Assembly: GCA_964477925.1 (NCBI GenBank)
Contig: CAYZFT010000001.1
Span: forward strand, 1 to 58,215
Length of the DNA: 58,215 nucleotides
Direction of reading: 5' to 3'
Source of the DNA: an uncultured Candidatus Saccharibacteria bacterium
Lineage (GTDB): Bacteria > Patescibacteriota > Saccharimonadia > Saccharimonadales > UBA4665
The position numbers were made by a program, and so were the translations under genes. The notes under the pieces are model-generated. The model saw nothing but the letters and a program-made list of their open reading frames with translations, searched no databases and had not been told where the DNA came from. Shown here in pieces: positions 25,426-33,641 of this stretch; positions within the stretch are counted from its first letter, which is position 1; each line of letters opens with the position of its first letter.

Positions 25426-25938
25426 ATGGCAAGCAATCGTCACCTCGGTCGTATCGTAGCGCTGCAGACGTTATATGAGCAAGATTTTCGCCTTGAAGCA
25501 GGTGACGATAGTTTTAACCTGGACGAAGTTCTGGCGCGCAATATAGCTCGCTACAAGTCAACACTCGATGACGTTGGGTTTGTCAAAGTGTTTGTGCTGG
25601 GCGTAACCGAGCATATTACTGAGCTCGATGATGAGCTTCGCCCGCTGGCGCCCGAGTGGCCGCTTGAGAGTATCGCCCGTATGGACCGCATTATGTTACG
25701 CATGGGGCTCTATGAGCTCAAATACGCTACCGATGTCCCGCCAAAGGTTGCCATTAACGAGTCGGTTGAACTTGCCAAGGCGTTCGGTGCCGAGAACTCA
25801 AGCAAATTTATCAACGGAGTGCTTGGCACGGCGCTCAAGAACATAACTAGCGAAGCCACGCCTACAACCGAAGAGATTCCTTCTGCTGAGCCGCCCAAGA
25901 CAACGCCGAAGCCCAAAGCCAAGAAAGCAACCACATGA
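25426..25938 (+). CDS. nusB: transcription antitermination factor NusB, with low-complexity C-terminal tail
   Basis: Contains RIVALQTLYEQDF and AINESVELAKAFGAENSSKFINGVLG. Confidence 0.9.
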   Translation: MASNRHLGRIVALQTLYEQDFRLEAGDDSFNLDEVLARNIARYKSTLDDVGFVKVFVLGVTEHITELDDELRPLAPEWPLESIARMDRIMLRMGLYELKYATDVPPKVAINESVELAKAFGAENSSKFINGVLGTALKNITSEATPTTEEIPSAEPPKTTPKPKAKKATT

Positions 25939-26567
25939 GCACTCGCAAACGCAAGCACCACAACACTGCACCTCAGCATGAGGCGCATATCCCTATTAGC
26001 CCTGCACCCAAACCAGCCGCCGTTCCCGAGGAGGCGCAAGCTCACAAGAACCCGCTCGATGGCGTGAAAGACGTTGTCAAAAGCCCACTCGATGGTTTTC
26101 GCCGTTTTGTGACGCGTCGCCCATCGATACAAGAGATTGTGCAAGAGACGACATCTGGTGGCATTGTCTATCGCCACAACGCCAAAACAGGCGCGGTCGA
26201 GATATTACTCATCAAAGACGCCAAAAACCGCTGGACAATCCCCAAAGGACACGTCGAAGAAGGCGAAGAGCCAAAAGACACCGCCGAGCGCGAAATCCGT
26301 GAAGAAACCGGCCTGCAAGAGATGCGTATGTCGCACTGGCTCGGCAAGGTTGCGTTTCGCTACCGCCGCAACCGCACATTGGTGCTCATGACGATGCATA
26401 TCTACCTCGTAGAAGGCAAGGGCGAGACCGACCGTTTGCACCCCGAAGATTGGCTCAGTGACATTCAGTGGCTGCCCGCCGGTGAGGCAATCGAGGCGAT
26501 TGCCTACGAAGACATCGGTAAGCTGATGTTAGTCGGCATGAAAAAAGTAAGGGACGGAAAGGCTTAA
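25935..26567 (+). CDS. Nudix hydrolase with ~70-aa N-terminal extension
   Basis: Canonical Nudix box GHVEEGEEPKDTAEREIREETGL. Confidence 0.88.
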   Translation: MSTRKRKHHNTAPQHEAHIPISPAPKPAAVPEEAQAHKNPLDGVKDVVKSPLDGFRRFVTRRPSIQEIVQETTSGGIVYRHNAKTGAVEILLIKDAKNRWTIPKGHVEEGEEPKDTAEREIREETGLQEMRMSHWLGKVAFRYRRNRTLVLMTMHIYLVEGKGETDRLHPEDWLSDIQWLPAGEAIEAIAYEDIGKLMLVGMKKVRDGKA

Positions 26568-26580
26568 AGACGAGTATAGA

Positions 26581-26650
26581 TTAACGATTAACGATTTAGG
26601 TATAGAGCTACAAATGCTTCGCTCCTTAATCTTTAATCCTTAATCTTTAA
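26581..26650. repeat. short tandem repeats in the rnc upstream region
   Basis: taacgat occurs twice in tandem. ccttaatctttaat (14 nt) occurs twice in tandem. Confidence 0.7.
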
Positions 26651-26658
26651 TCCAAACC

Positions 26659-27357
26659 ATGGATACAACACCATACCAACAGCTAGCACGAGATGCACTC
26701 GGCGGCGATTTTACCAATCTTGACTTACTCATCACAGCACTGACGCACCGTTCGTACCTGAACGAGCATAAAAAAACAGTCAGCGAGCACAACGAACGGC
26801 TCGAATTTTTGGGCGATGCTGTGCTCGAGCTTGTCGTAACTGAGTATCTTTATGGCAACTTTAGCGAGCCCGAAGGTATCTTGACTAACTGGCGTAGCAG
26901 CTTAGTGCGCACCGAGAGCATTAGCGCCGCAGGGTCCCGTTTGGGCCTTGAGCCACTCTTGCGCCTCAGCCGCGGCGAGAAGCATGGCACTGATCGTGCT
27001 CGCATGCAGATTTTGGCCAATGCATTTGAGGCTGTTACTGGCGCACTCTACCTCGAGCGTGGCTATGAAGCATCCAAGATTTTCATCACCGAGAATATCC
27101 TCAGCACCTTCGAGCAAATCCTCCAAACGGGCTCATGGATGGACCCCAAATCGCGCTTGCAAGAAGTCGTACAAGGGCAGGGTGGTGCGACGCCAAGCTA
27201 CCGCGTGCTCAGCGAGGTAGGCCCCGACCACGAAAAGCTCTTTACCGTTGGCGTCTATGTCGACGAGAAAAAGCTCGGTGAAGGCTCCGGCCACAGCAAA
27301 CAAACCGCCCAAGTCTCCGCCGCCACCGCCGCCCTCAAAAAGCTAACAAAAGAGTAG
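26659..27357 (+). CDS. rnc: ribonuclease III
   Basis: Signature ERLEFLGDAVLELVV and a C-terminal dsRBD (GPDHEKLFTVGVYV...GHSKQTAQVSAATAAL). Confidence 0.93.
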   Translation: MDTTPYQQLARDALGGDFTNLDLLITALTHRSYLNEHKKTVSEHNERLEFLGDAVLELVVTEYLYGNFSEPEGILTNWRSSLVRTESISAAGSRLGLEPLLRLSRGEKHGTDRARMQILANAFEAVTGALYLERGYEASKIFITENILSTFEQILQTGSWMDPKSRLQEVVQGQGGATPSYRVLSEVGPDHEKLFTVGVYVDEKKLGEGSGHSKQTAQVSAATAALKKLTKE

Positions 27358-27359
27358 AT

Positions 27360-27893
27360 ATGGCAGTGTATTTTCTCCGACATGGACAATGCAAAGCTAA
27401 TCTTGAAAAAGTTTTTGCGGGCCAAGGTGATGATTCAGAGCTAACCGGACTGGGTTTTGAGCAGGCGGCACTAGCGGGTGATACTCTTGCTCCACTCAAC
27501 ATAGTTAGGATAATTAGTTCTAATCTTATACGAGCAAGTCATACGGCTGAGACTGCTGGTGCGAAGATTGGCTTTGAGCCAAAAGATATAGTTATAGATG
27601 AGCGACTTGCTGAGTATGACCTTGGGTCACTCACGGGTCGTCCAAGATACAAAATTACTTCTGCTGAGCTTGTTTCTGCTGAAGGTGCAGAAAACCCGAA
27701 TAACTTTTTGCAAAGAGTTATTGGGTCCATTAGAGATTACAAAGATTTGCCCGGCAACACGCTCATTGTCAGTCATGCGGGGGTTGGTAGAATTATCGAA
27801 TGTGCGCGTGTCGGTAGGTCACTCTCCGAGTTCTATGATATTCCTGAATATCCCAATGCCACAGTGGTAGGACTTGACACATCCTGGATGTAA
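27360..27893 (+). CDS. histidine phosphatase family protein (phosphoglycerate mutase-like)
   Basis: N-terminal VYFLRHGQCKAN (RHG motif) and a later SHAGVGR. Confidence 0.85.
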   Translation: MAVYFLRHGQCKANLEKVFAGQGDDSELTGLGFEQAALAGDTLAPLNIVRIISSNLIRASHTAETAGAKIGFEPKDIVIDERLAEYDLGSLTGRPRYKITSAELVSAEGAENPNNFLQRVIGSIRDYKDLPGNTLIVSHAGVGRIIECARVGRSLSEFYDIPEYPNATVVGLDTSWM

Positions 27894-27909
27894 TCAATTG
27901 TATGTCGGT

Positions 27910-27938
27910 TTGACAACAGGGGTGGTTTTTGGTAGGAT
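27910..27938 (+). promoter_or_regulatory. sigma70-type promoter upstream of rpsP
   Basis: TTGACA (27910-27915), a 17-nt spacer, then TGgTAGGAT (-10 at 27933-27938). SD aagggaaggaag precedes the ATG. Confidence 0.6.
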
Positions 27939-27976
27939 AGAACAGATATAAACTTTAAGGGAAGGAAGTACAGACA

Positions 27977-28411
27977 ATGCTAGTCATTCGCCTGCAACGC
28001 GTCGGCCGCAAGGGTCACGCACAATTCCGCGTCGTCGTTCAAGACAGTCGCCGGACCCCTACGAGTGGCAAGATTGTTGCCCAGTTGGGTACCTACGATC
28101 CGCACGCAAAAACAGTAAAAATTAACGCCGAGAAAGCTACGTTCTACCTCGAGCATGGCGCACAGCCAAGCCCACGTGTCACGATGCTGCTCAAGGCCGA
28201 GAAAATCAAGCTGCCAGAATGGGTCAAGGTCGCAGAGAAAAAGGAAAGCAAAATCCGCAATCCTGAAAAGCTTCGCCGCAATCAACCCAAAGAAGAGCCT
28301 ACGGTGGAAGAACCTGTAGCTGAAGCAGCGCCCGCAGAAGAAACAGTCGCTGAGGAAGCTCCTGCCGAAGAAGCAGCTGAAGCGCCAGCCGAAGAGCCAA
28401 AAGCAGAGTAA
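27977..28411 (+). CDS. rpsP: 30S ribosomal protein S16, with Ala/Glu/Pro-rich C-terminal extension
   Basis: MLVIRLQRVGRKGHAQFRVVVQDSRRTPTSGKIVAQLGTYDP. Confidence 0.93.
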   Translation: MLVIRLQRVGRKGHAQFRVVVQDSRRTPTSGKIVAQLGTYDPHAKTVKINAEKATFYLEHGAQPSPRVTMLLKAEKIKLPEWVKVAEKKESKIRNPEKLRRNQPKEEPTVEEPVAEAAPAEETVAEEAPAEEAAEAPAEEPKAE

Positions 28412-28429
28412 TCAAACAGCACTTTGCAA

Positions 28430-28457
28430 AAAAACGCCCCAACTCGGGGCGTTTTTG
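28430..28457 (+). terminator. rho-independent terminator after rpsP
   Basis: aaaaacgcccc-aactc-ggggcgttttt. Confidence 0.8.
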
Positions 28458-28505
28458 CTTGCTTGCTGGTATAATAGAAAAGCTACAAACTTAAAGGAGG
28501 CAACC

Positions 28506-29006
28506 ATGACAAGCAGTATAGACCAGCAATTTGTTGAGTACGTCGTCAAGTCATTAGTCAGCAACCCCGATGCCGTGAGCATCAAAAGAAGCGTCGATGA
28601 AAAAGGCGTATTACTAGAACTAACCGTAGACGCCGAAGACCTTGGCCGTGTAATCGGCAAGCGCGGCGCAACCGCACAGAGCATCCGCACACTGCTTCGT
28701 GCACTTGGCACCAAGAACGAGGCACGTTACAACCTCAAGATTGTTGATGTTGACCGCCTCGACGAAAACGGCAATCCACTGCCACGTCCAGAACGAACTG
28801 AGCGCCCAGAGCGTGCAGACCGCGATGACTACTCGGCCGTTGTGCCAGCAGCAGATGACCATACCGCTACCAGCGATGATAGCGTCAGCCCAGTTGCTGC
28901 CGATGATGATGACGATAACGAATCAGAGGCAGAAAAAGCCAAAGAGAGTGACGCCGTTGCGCGCACCCGCGCCGAGCTCGCCGACCTCGACGACCTCGAT
29001 ATCTAA
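28506..29006 (+). CDS. KH-domain RNA-binding protein (YlqC-like) with acidic C-terminal tail
   Basis: Contains LELTVDAEDLGRVIGKRGATAQSIRTLL (GxxG KH motif). SD aaggagg lies 6 nt upstream of ATG 28506. Confidence 0.85.
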   Translation: MTSSIDQQFVEYVVKSLVSNPDAVSIKRSVDEKGVLLELTVDAEDLGRVIGKRGATAQSIRTLLRALGTKNEARYNLKIVDVDRLDENGNPLPRPERTERPERADRDDYSAVVPAADDHTATSDDSVSPVAADDDDDNESEAEKAKESDAVARTRAELADLDDLDI

Positions 29007-29029
29007 ATAACGCCAAGATCCGTCCAAGG

Positions 29030-29054
29030 AAAGCCCCACTCCGGGGCTTTTCTG
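29030..29054 (+). terminator. rho-independent terminator
   Basis: aaagcccc-actcc-ggggcttt followed by tctg. Confidence 0.7.
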
Positions 29055-29085
29055 TATCCCCCCATAACCCCAGCCATACGTACCT

Positions 29086-29121
29086 AAAAGTTTTCGGCGA
29101 TAGCGGAAATATTTTAGCATG
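29086..29121. repeat. left arm of the ~35-bp imperfect inverted repeat flanking the PaaX-like gene
   Basis: The core ttttcggcgatagcg (29091-29105) is the exact reverse complement of 29735-29749. The flanks continue as gaaatattttagcATG versus tatattttttagaATG. Confidence 0.8.
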
Positions 29122-29139
29122 TTGATAGCGCTGTGGAGT

Positions 29140-29721
29140 TTAGAAGTGAGTGGTGGGGTACTTTTTGCGGAAACGACTGATGAGCACTTTTGCATTACTA
29201 AGCTGCTTTGCCTCGAAATACGAAACATACTGTTCGACCTCGTACCGTGCGCAAATGGTCTCAAGCTCTGTTGCACAAGGAAACGGAGTAATCCAGGTTG
29301 ATCTTTGCAATTGAAAACAGCCAATCTGTCGTAAGAGTGAACCGAGCGAGTCTCGTGCGTATTTGTTCTTTTCGGGAATGTCATATATGACAATACGCCA
29401 TAAGCCGTCCCACCGAGGCTGAGACACAATGCGCAATTCATCAAGCTCAATTTTTTCGAGTCTCTTACGAGCTTTGGCTGTGATTTCCAGGCCATGCTTA
29501 TAATCACCAGCCAGCAAACCACGTTGTTTCATGTATGCGATAATTCGCAGGGCCTCACGTTCTCGTTCGCGGGCGTCTAGAGTTTTATCAAGTTTGCGTA
29601 AACCCTTGTCGAGTACTTGGAGTATGTTTGGCGCTAGCATAGTGGCTGCAGCCACGCTGGCGTATGCACTAAAACGTACAATCTCATCAACTAATTTAGC
29701 AGTCCGCAGATTTTGACCCAT
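29140..29721 (-). CDS. PaaX-family-like protein (winged-helix N-terminus, PaaX C-terminal domain)
   Basis: WDGLWRIVIYDIPEKNKYARDSLGSLLRQIGCFQLQRSTWITPFP matches the PaaX_C signature (W-x-G-x-W, IPE, R-x-x-L, W-x-x-P). TATATT lies 7 nt before the ATG on the minus strand. Confidence 0.65.
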   Translation of the reverse strand: MGQNLRTAKLVDEIVRFSAYASVAAATMLAPNILQVLDKGLRKLDKTLDAREREREALRIIAYMKQRGLLAGDYKHGLEITAKARKRLEKIELDELRIVSQPRWDGLWRIVIYDIPEKNKYARDSLGSLLRQIGCFQLQRSTWITPFPCATELETICARYEVEQYVSYFEAKQLSNAKVLISRFRKKYPTTHF

Positions 29722-29754
29722 TCTAAAAAATATACGCTATCGCCGAAAATTTAT
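29719..29754. repeat. right arm of the inverted repeat flanking the PaaX-like gene
   Basis: cgctatcgccgaaaa at 29735-29749. It contains the -10 and start codon of the PaaX-like gene. Confidence 0.8.
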
Positions 29755-29972
29755 CAAAAGACACCGAGAAATAAAAAAGGTGGTTAGAGAGCGGGATAAT
29801 AATCTTGCGTTAAGCATAAGCAGTGTGGTACAGTATGTGCAGTCTTACCAAAAGCAAGACTAACACCGACAAAACAAAAACACCAAAAGCTTTCTGCGAG
29901 CAAATTATTTTGGAGCTTTATGTGACAAAAGAACCCCTGTTAAATGGGGTTCTTTTGGTATACAATGAATAT

Positions 29973-30626
29973 ATGAAAATTCAAGTGATTACGTTGTTTC
30001 CCGAGATGTTCACGGGAGTGCTGGGTAACAGTATGCTCTGGAAGGCTGCTAATCGCAAAATCGTGCAGTACGAGTTCATCGACCTGCGTGAATATGGGCT
30101 TGGTCCACGCAGGCAAGTCGATGACACTCCTTACGGCGGAGGTGATGGTATGCTTCTCAAACCCGAGCCACTCGTTGCCGCTATCGAGTATGCCAAAACG
30201 CGAGTCTCGAGTCTCGAGTCTCGAGTCTCGGTTGTTCTGCCGACGCCGAGAGGTAAGGTTTACAAACAGTCTGATGCCAAGCGGTTTGCAGCAGAGTACG
30301 ATGATCTCATCATTATTTGCCCACGCTATGAAGGGTATGACGAGCGCGTGACGAAGTGGGTTGATGAGCAGTTTTGCATCGGCAACTACGTGCTGACTGG
30401 CGGAGAACTACCGGCGATGATTATTATCGACAGCGTCGTGCGTCTGCTACCCGGAGTGCTCGGTGGTGAGATGAGCGCCGAGGTTGAATCATTCCAAGAC
30501 GACGATGAATCAATCGAGTACCCGCAGTACACCCGCCCAGAAGACTTCAGAGGCATGAAAGTTCCCGAAGTTCTCCTCAGCGGCCACCATGCCGAAATCG
30601 CCAAATGGCGCCATTCGCGAGATTAG
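29973..30626 (+). CDS. trmD: tRNA (guanine37-N1)-methyltransferase
   Basis: Contains MKIQVITLFPEMF, DDTPYGGGDGML, CPRYEGYDERV, GNYVLTGGELPAM and LLSGHHAEIAKWR. TACAAT (29961-29966) lies 6 nt before ATG 29973. The ORF track start is 29823. Confidence 0.93.
   Translation: MKIQVITLFPEMFTGVLGNSMLWKAANRKIVQYEFIDLREYGLGPRRQVDDTPYGGGDGMLLKPEPLVAAIEYAKTRVSSLESRVSVVLPTPRGKVYKQSDAKRFAAEYDDLIIICPRYEGYDERVTKWVDEQFCIGNYVLTGGELPAMIIIDSVVRLLPGVLGGEMSAEVESFQDDDESIEYPQYTRPEDFRGMKVPEVLLSGHHAEIAKWRHSRD
30201..30230 (+). repeat. tandem heptanucleotide repeat (cgagtct x 4.3) inside trmD
   Basis: cgagtctcgagtctcgagtctcgagtctcg, translated as RVSSLESRVS. Confidence 0.9.
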
Positions 30627-30674
30627 TAATAAGGCATATAGACATAAACAAATAAGTGTGGTAGAAAACAGATT

Positions 30675-31091
30675 ATGATATTTACCACACCGAGTACCAC
30701 ACCGAGGTTGCCGGAAGCAATTATAGTTCGCCCCATAAAACGGGAAGAGGCGGTGTACGTTTGTGAGGGCGACAGAATTTTAGGTGATGCCGATGTGGCA
30801 GCAAGGTTCGGCCAAATCGACGAAGAATATTCAGCAAATTCGCTGGCATATTTCAAGAGAATACGCGAGGGAGTGTCAACGCTCGATTTGCCGGGCGGAA
30901 GGCTGGACTATGCGTTTTTGTACGACGGCATGAGTATTGTGGCAAAAGACATAGCCGTAGTAATGTCACCGTTAAACGATGGGCCACCCAAAAGCCCACC
31001 CGGGGTTGTAAATGATTATGCTAGATCGAAACAGTCTCTTTTGACTAGAGAATATGCGCATTCAAGAGCCGCTTGTAAGTCGACAGCTTAA
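30675..31091 (+). CDS. hypothetical protein
   Basis: 138-aa ORF with no recognisable motif. Overlaps the next ORF by 38 nt in a different frame. Confidence 0.45.
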   Translation: MIFTTPSTTPRLPEAIIVRPIKREEAVYVCEGDRILGDADVAARFGQIDEEYSANSLAYFKRIREGVSTLDLPGGRLDYAFLYDGMSIVAKDIAVVMSPLNDGPPKSPPGVVNDYARSKQSLLTREYAHSRAACKSTA

Positions 31092-31443
31092 AGCCAGCGG
31101 TGCCGAACTTGCTATGCGCACTCGGCAGGGCCGTATAATGTTAGGTAACCCCGCATTATTGCACGGTTTGATTGATAAAGTGCAACCAGTAGATGATATT
31201 GAGCAACTTTTAGGGGGTGGCGTAACGGTCACAGTAGTAAATGCCGAAAATGAGCCGATGGTTGCTCTAACCGCTGGATATCTATCAAATATCATCAATC
31301 GCTACCAAAGACTTCATGTATCCAAAATCTTGGGTGTCGGTGGTGAAGTTGGTATGGGTGTTAACGAAATTTCACCTGTCGTAGCTCTTACGTCTGCCAT
31401 AGGCATAGACAATTATTATCGGGATATTCAAAGTACTAGATAG
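31054..31443 (+). CDS. hypothetical protein
   Basis: 129-aa ORF with no recognisable motif. Confidence 0.45.
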   Translation: MRIQEPLVSRQLKASGAELAMRTRQGRIMLGNPALLHGLIDKVQPVDDIEQLLGGGVTVTVVNAENEPMVALTAGYLSNIINRYQRLHVSKILGVGGEVGMGVNEISPVVALTSAIGIDNYYRDIQSTR

Positions 31444-31546
31444 CGTAGGTTCCAGAATAGTGAGAATTCTAATAGTAGCTGCGCTCCGTACGGCGTACTA
31501 TGGGGGTGCGTTTATAGCATGTTCGTAATATGAGGAGGAGTTTTGT

Positions 31547-31831
31547 ATGGCAGAGGGAGCAGGGGTAGGTAAGGGCTGGCATGGTGACCCGGCGGCGCAT
31601 GCGGCTGCAGGCAAAAAAGGCGGTCAGCTCAGCTCGGGCAATTTTAAGAACGACCCGAAGCGAGCAGCTGAAGCTGGTAAAAAAGGCGGCGCACTGAGCC
31701 CGGGCAATTTCAAGAACGACCCAGAGCGGGCACGTGCAGCAGGCCGTGCGCGTGCCGAAAAACGTAAAGCAGCACAAGCACAGGTAGAAGATAGCACGTC
31801 GAAACAGGCGCAGAAGGAGGCCGAGTCATGA
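31547..31831 (+). CDS. KGG-repeat general stress protein (YciG-like)
   Basis: Repeats AGKKGGQLSSGNFKNDPKRAAEAGKKGGALSPGNFKNDPERA. SD gaggagg upstream. Confidence 0.85.
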   Translation: MAEGAGVGKGWHGDPAAHAAAGKKGGQLSSGNFKNDPKRAAEAGKKGGALSPGNFKNDPERARAAGRARAEKRKAAQAQVEDSTSKQAQKEAES

Positions 31832-32088
31832 GTATATTAATTTGGCTTGTCATGGGAGCGGCTGCGGGGTGGCTAGCCTCGGTGCTGACTGGTAACAACG
31901 CAAGCCAAGGGATGGTTGGGAACATCATTGTTGGCGGTCTAGGAGCGTTCATTGGGGGCTGGCTTATGAACCTGATTGGCAAGGGGGGCGCTGACCTGAC
32001 GACATTTAATTGGTATAGTTTCTTTGTCGCAGTTGGTGGCGCGGTCGTGCTGCTTGTTATATTCAATGCGTTTTCTAGGCGGCACTAA
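31828..32088 (+). CDS. GlsB/YeaQ/YmgE-family stress membrane protein
   Basis: ILIWLVMGAAAGWLASVL...GMVGNIIVGGLGAFIGGWL. ATGA coupling to the KGG gene. Confidence 0.85.
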   Translation: MSILIWLVMGAAAGWLASVLTGNNASQGMVGNIIVGGLGAFIGGWLMNLIGKGGADLTTFNWYSFFVAVGGAVVLLVIFNAFSRRH

Positions 32089-32135
32089 GCGCTCGGTACA
32101 TGTCATCTAATAGCCACAAGAGAGGAGCACGAACG

Positions 32136-32342
32136 ATGTTGTCCGATGACCACTACACCTATAATCCACTAACCAACGACGACAAAGATTTGTTGCTTTC
32201 TAACGGCTATCTGCCGGGCGAATTGCCGCCCGAGGATGAGCTTGAGCTACTGCGTGATTTGCGTATGCAGTCGGGTGACGAGGAGGGGATTGAGCCGCTG
32301 AGTGATGTGGTGATGCCCGACGAATACGACGGCACCAAGTAA
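32136..32342 (+). CDS. hypothetical small acidic protein
   Basis: 68 aa from ATG 32136, with SD agaggag 7 nt upstream. The ORF track start is 32100. Confidence 0.5.
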   Translation: MLSDDHYTYNPLTNDDKDLLLSNGYLPGELPPEDELELLRDLRMQSGDEEGIEPLSDVVMPDEYDGTK

Positions 32343-32426
32343 TTAATGTTGTCTGCTTCGTCCTGTCTTAGCTTTTATCTCATATCTCTTACCTCAAACC
32401 TCGACTAAACATGGTAAAATTTGACG

Positions 32427-33635
32427 GTGAATACATTTGGTTTTACCGTTCAGACGCGACTACGTGGTAGCTTAGCGCGGGCGGGCATCATTCATACACC
32501 GCACGGCTCCATCAAGACGCCGGCTTTTATCGTGGTTGGCACCAAGGCGGCCGTAAAAGCTATGTCACCAGAGCAAGTTTGTGACACGGGCGCGCAGGCG
32601 GTGCTAGCAAACGCTTATCACTTATATTTGCAACCGGGGCACGAGCTAATCGAGTCAGCCGGAGGTTTGGGAAAGTTTATGAACTGGTCTGGGCCAACAT
32701 TTACCGATAGTGGTGGATTCCAAGTGTTGAGTCTTGGGAGCGGTTACAAAAAAACACTCAGTATGGCGGTCGAAGGTGTCTCGCCCGACGATGTTATCGC
32801 GCCGACCAAAGCGCGGCAAGCGTTTATCGATGACGACGGGGTAAATTTTGTCTCGTACCGTGATGGTTCAAAGCACCGTTTTACACCCGAACATAGCATG
32901 CAGGTGCAGCACGGCATTGGCGCTGACATAACCTTTGCGTTTGATGAACTAACCTCGTTGCTTGACGGGTACGATTACCAGGTCGAGTCGCTCGACAAGC
33001 GAACCGAACCGTGGGCCGAGCGTAGCCTGGCAGAGGTACAACGCCTGCGTGCCGCACACCCCGAGCGGCCGTATCAGGCACTGTTTGGTGTGGTACAGGG
33101 GGCACAACACCAAGACTTACGCGAGCGAGCCGCGCGGTTTTTGGCTGAGCGCGATTTTGACGGCTTCGGGGTTGGTGGTGCTATCGAAAAGACCAAACTT
33201 GGCGATATCGTACGTTGGGTCAACACAATTTTACCCGAGAATAAACCGCGGCATATGCTCGGCATTAGCGAGCCCGACGACATATTTGCCGCGATTGAAC
33301 AGGGAATCGACACGTTCGACTGCGTTTCGCCGACAAGAGTTGGGCGCAACGGAGCTTTTTATACTTACCATGGTCGCAAAAATATCCGCGGCAACAAATA
33401 TCAGCGAGACTTTACCCCACTACTTCAAGATTGCGAATGTTACACCTGTCAGAATTATTCAAAAGCCTACATTCAACACCTTAGCCGCAGTCATGAGATC
33501 TCGTTCAATACGCTCATGTCGATTCACAATGAGCATTTTATCGTCAAACTGGTTGATGACATTCGTGCAAGCATCGAAGATGCCTCATTCTATGCGTTTC
33601 GAGATGCGTGGTTGGCTCGTTACTACGCCAAGTAA
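32427..33635 (+). CDS. tgt: tRNA-guanine transglycosylase (queuine tRNA-ribosyltransferase)
   Basis: Contains TPAFIVVGT, FTDSGGFQV, LFGVVQGA, a zinc site (CECYTC...H) and HLL-type motifs. TGgTAAAAT (-10 at 32415-32420) lies 6 nt before GTG 32427. TTG 32421 is the alternative start. Confidence 0.92.
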   Translation: MNTFGFTVQTRLRGSLARAGIIHTPHGSIKTPAFIVVGTKAAVKAMSPEQVCDTGAQAVLANAYHLYLQPGHELIESAGGLGKFMNWSGPTFTDSGGFQVLSLGSGYKKTLSMAVEGVSPDDVIAPTKARQAFIDDDGVNFVSYRDGSKHRFTPEHSMQVQHGIGADITFAFDELTSLLDGYDYQVESLDKRTEPWAERSLAEVQRLRAAHPERPYQALFGVVQGAQHQDLRERAARFLAERDFDGFGVGGAIEKTKLGDIVRWVNTILPENKPRHMLGISEPDDIFAAIEQGIDTFDCVSPTRVGRNGAFYTYHGRKNIRGNKYQRDFTPLLQDCECYTCQNYSKAYIQHLSRSHEISFNTLMSIHNEHFIVKLVDDIRASIEDASFYAFRDAWLARYYAK

Positions 33636-33641
33636 GCAGAG

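Noticed and set aside
29119-29301. 60-aa plus-strand ORF antisense to the PaaX-like gene as a real gene
   Set aside because: It has no motif and is Cys/Leu-rich and antisense to a well-supported CDS. It is notable only because it begins at the ATG of the left inverted-repeat arm, which is discussed in the finding.
31036-31091. Programmed frameshift or pseudogene joining ORFs 30675-31091 and 31054-31443
   Set aside because: The downstream frame is closed by TAG at 31045-31047, so a shift would have to occur within ~40 nt. That stretch contains no slippery heptamer or homopolymer run. With no homology evidence for a fusion, the two are treated as overlapping hypothetical genes.
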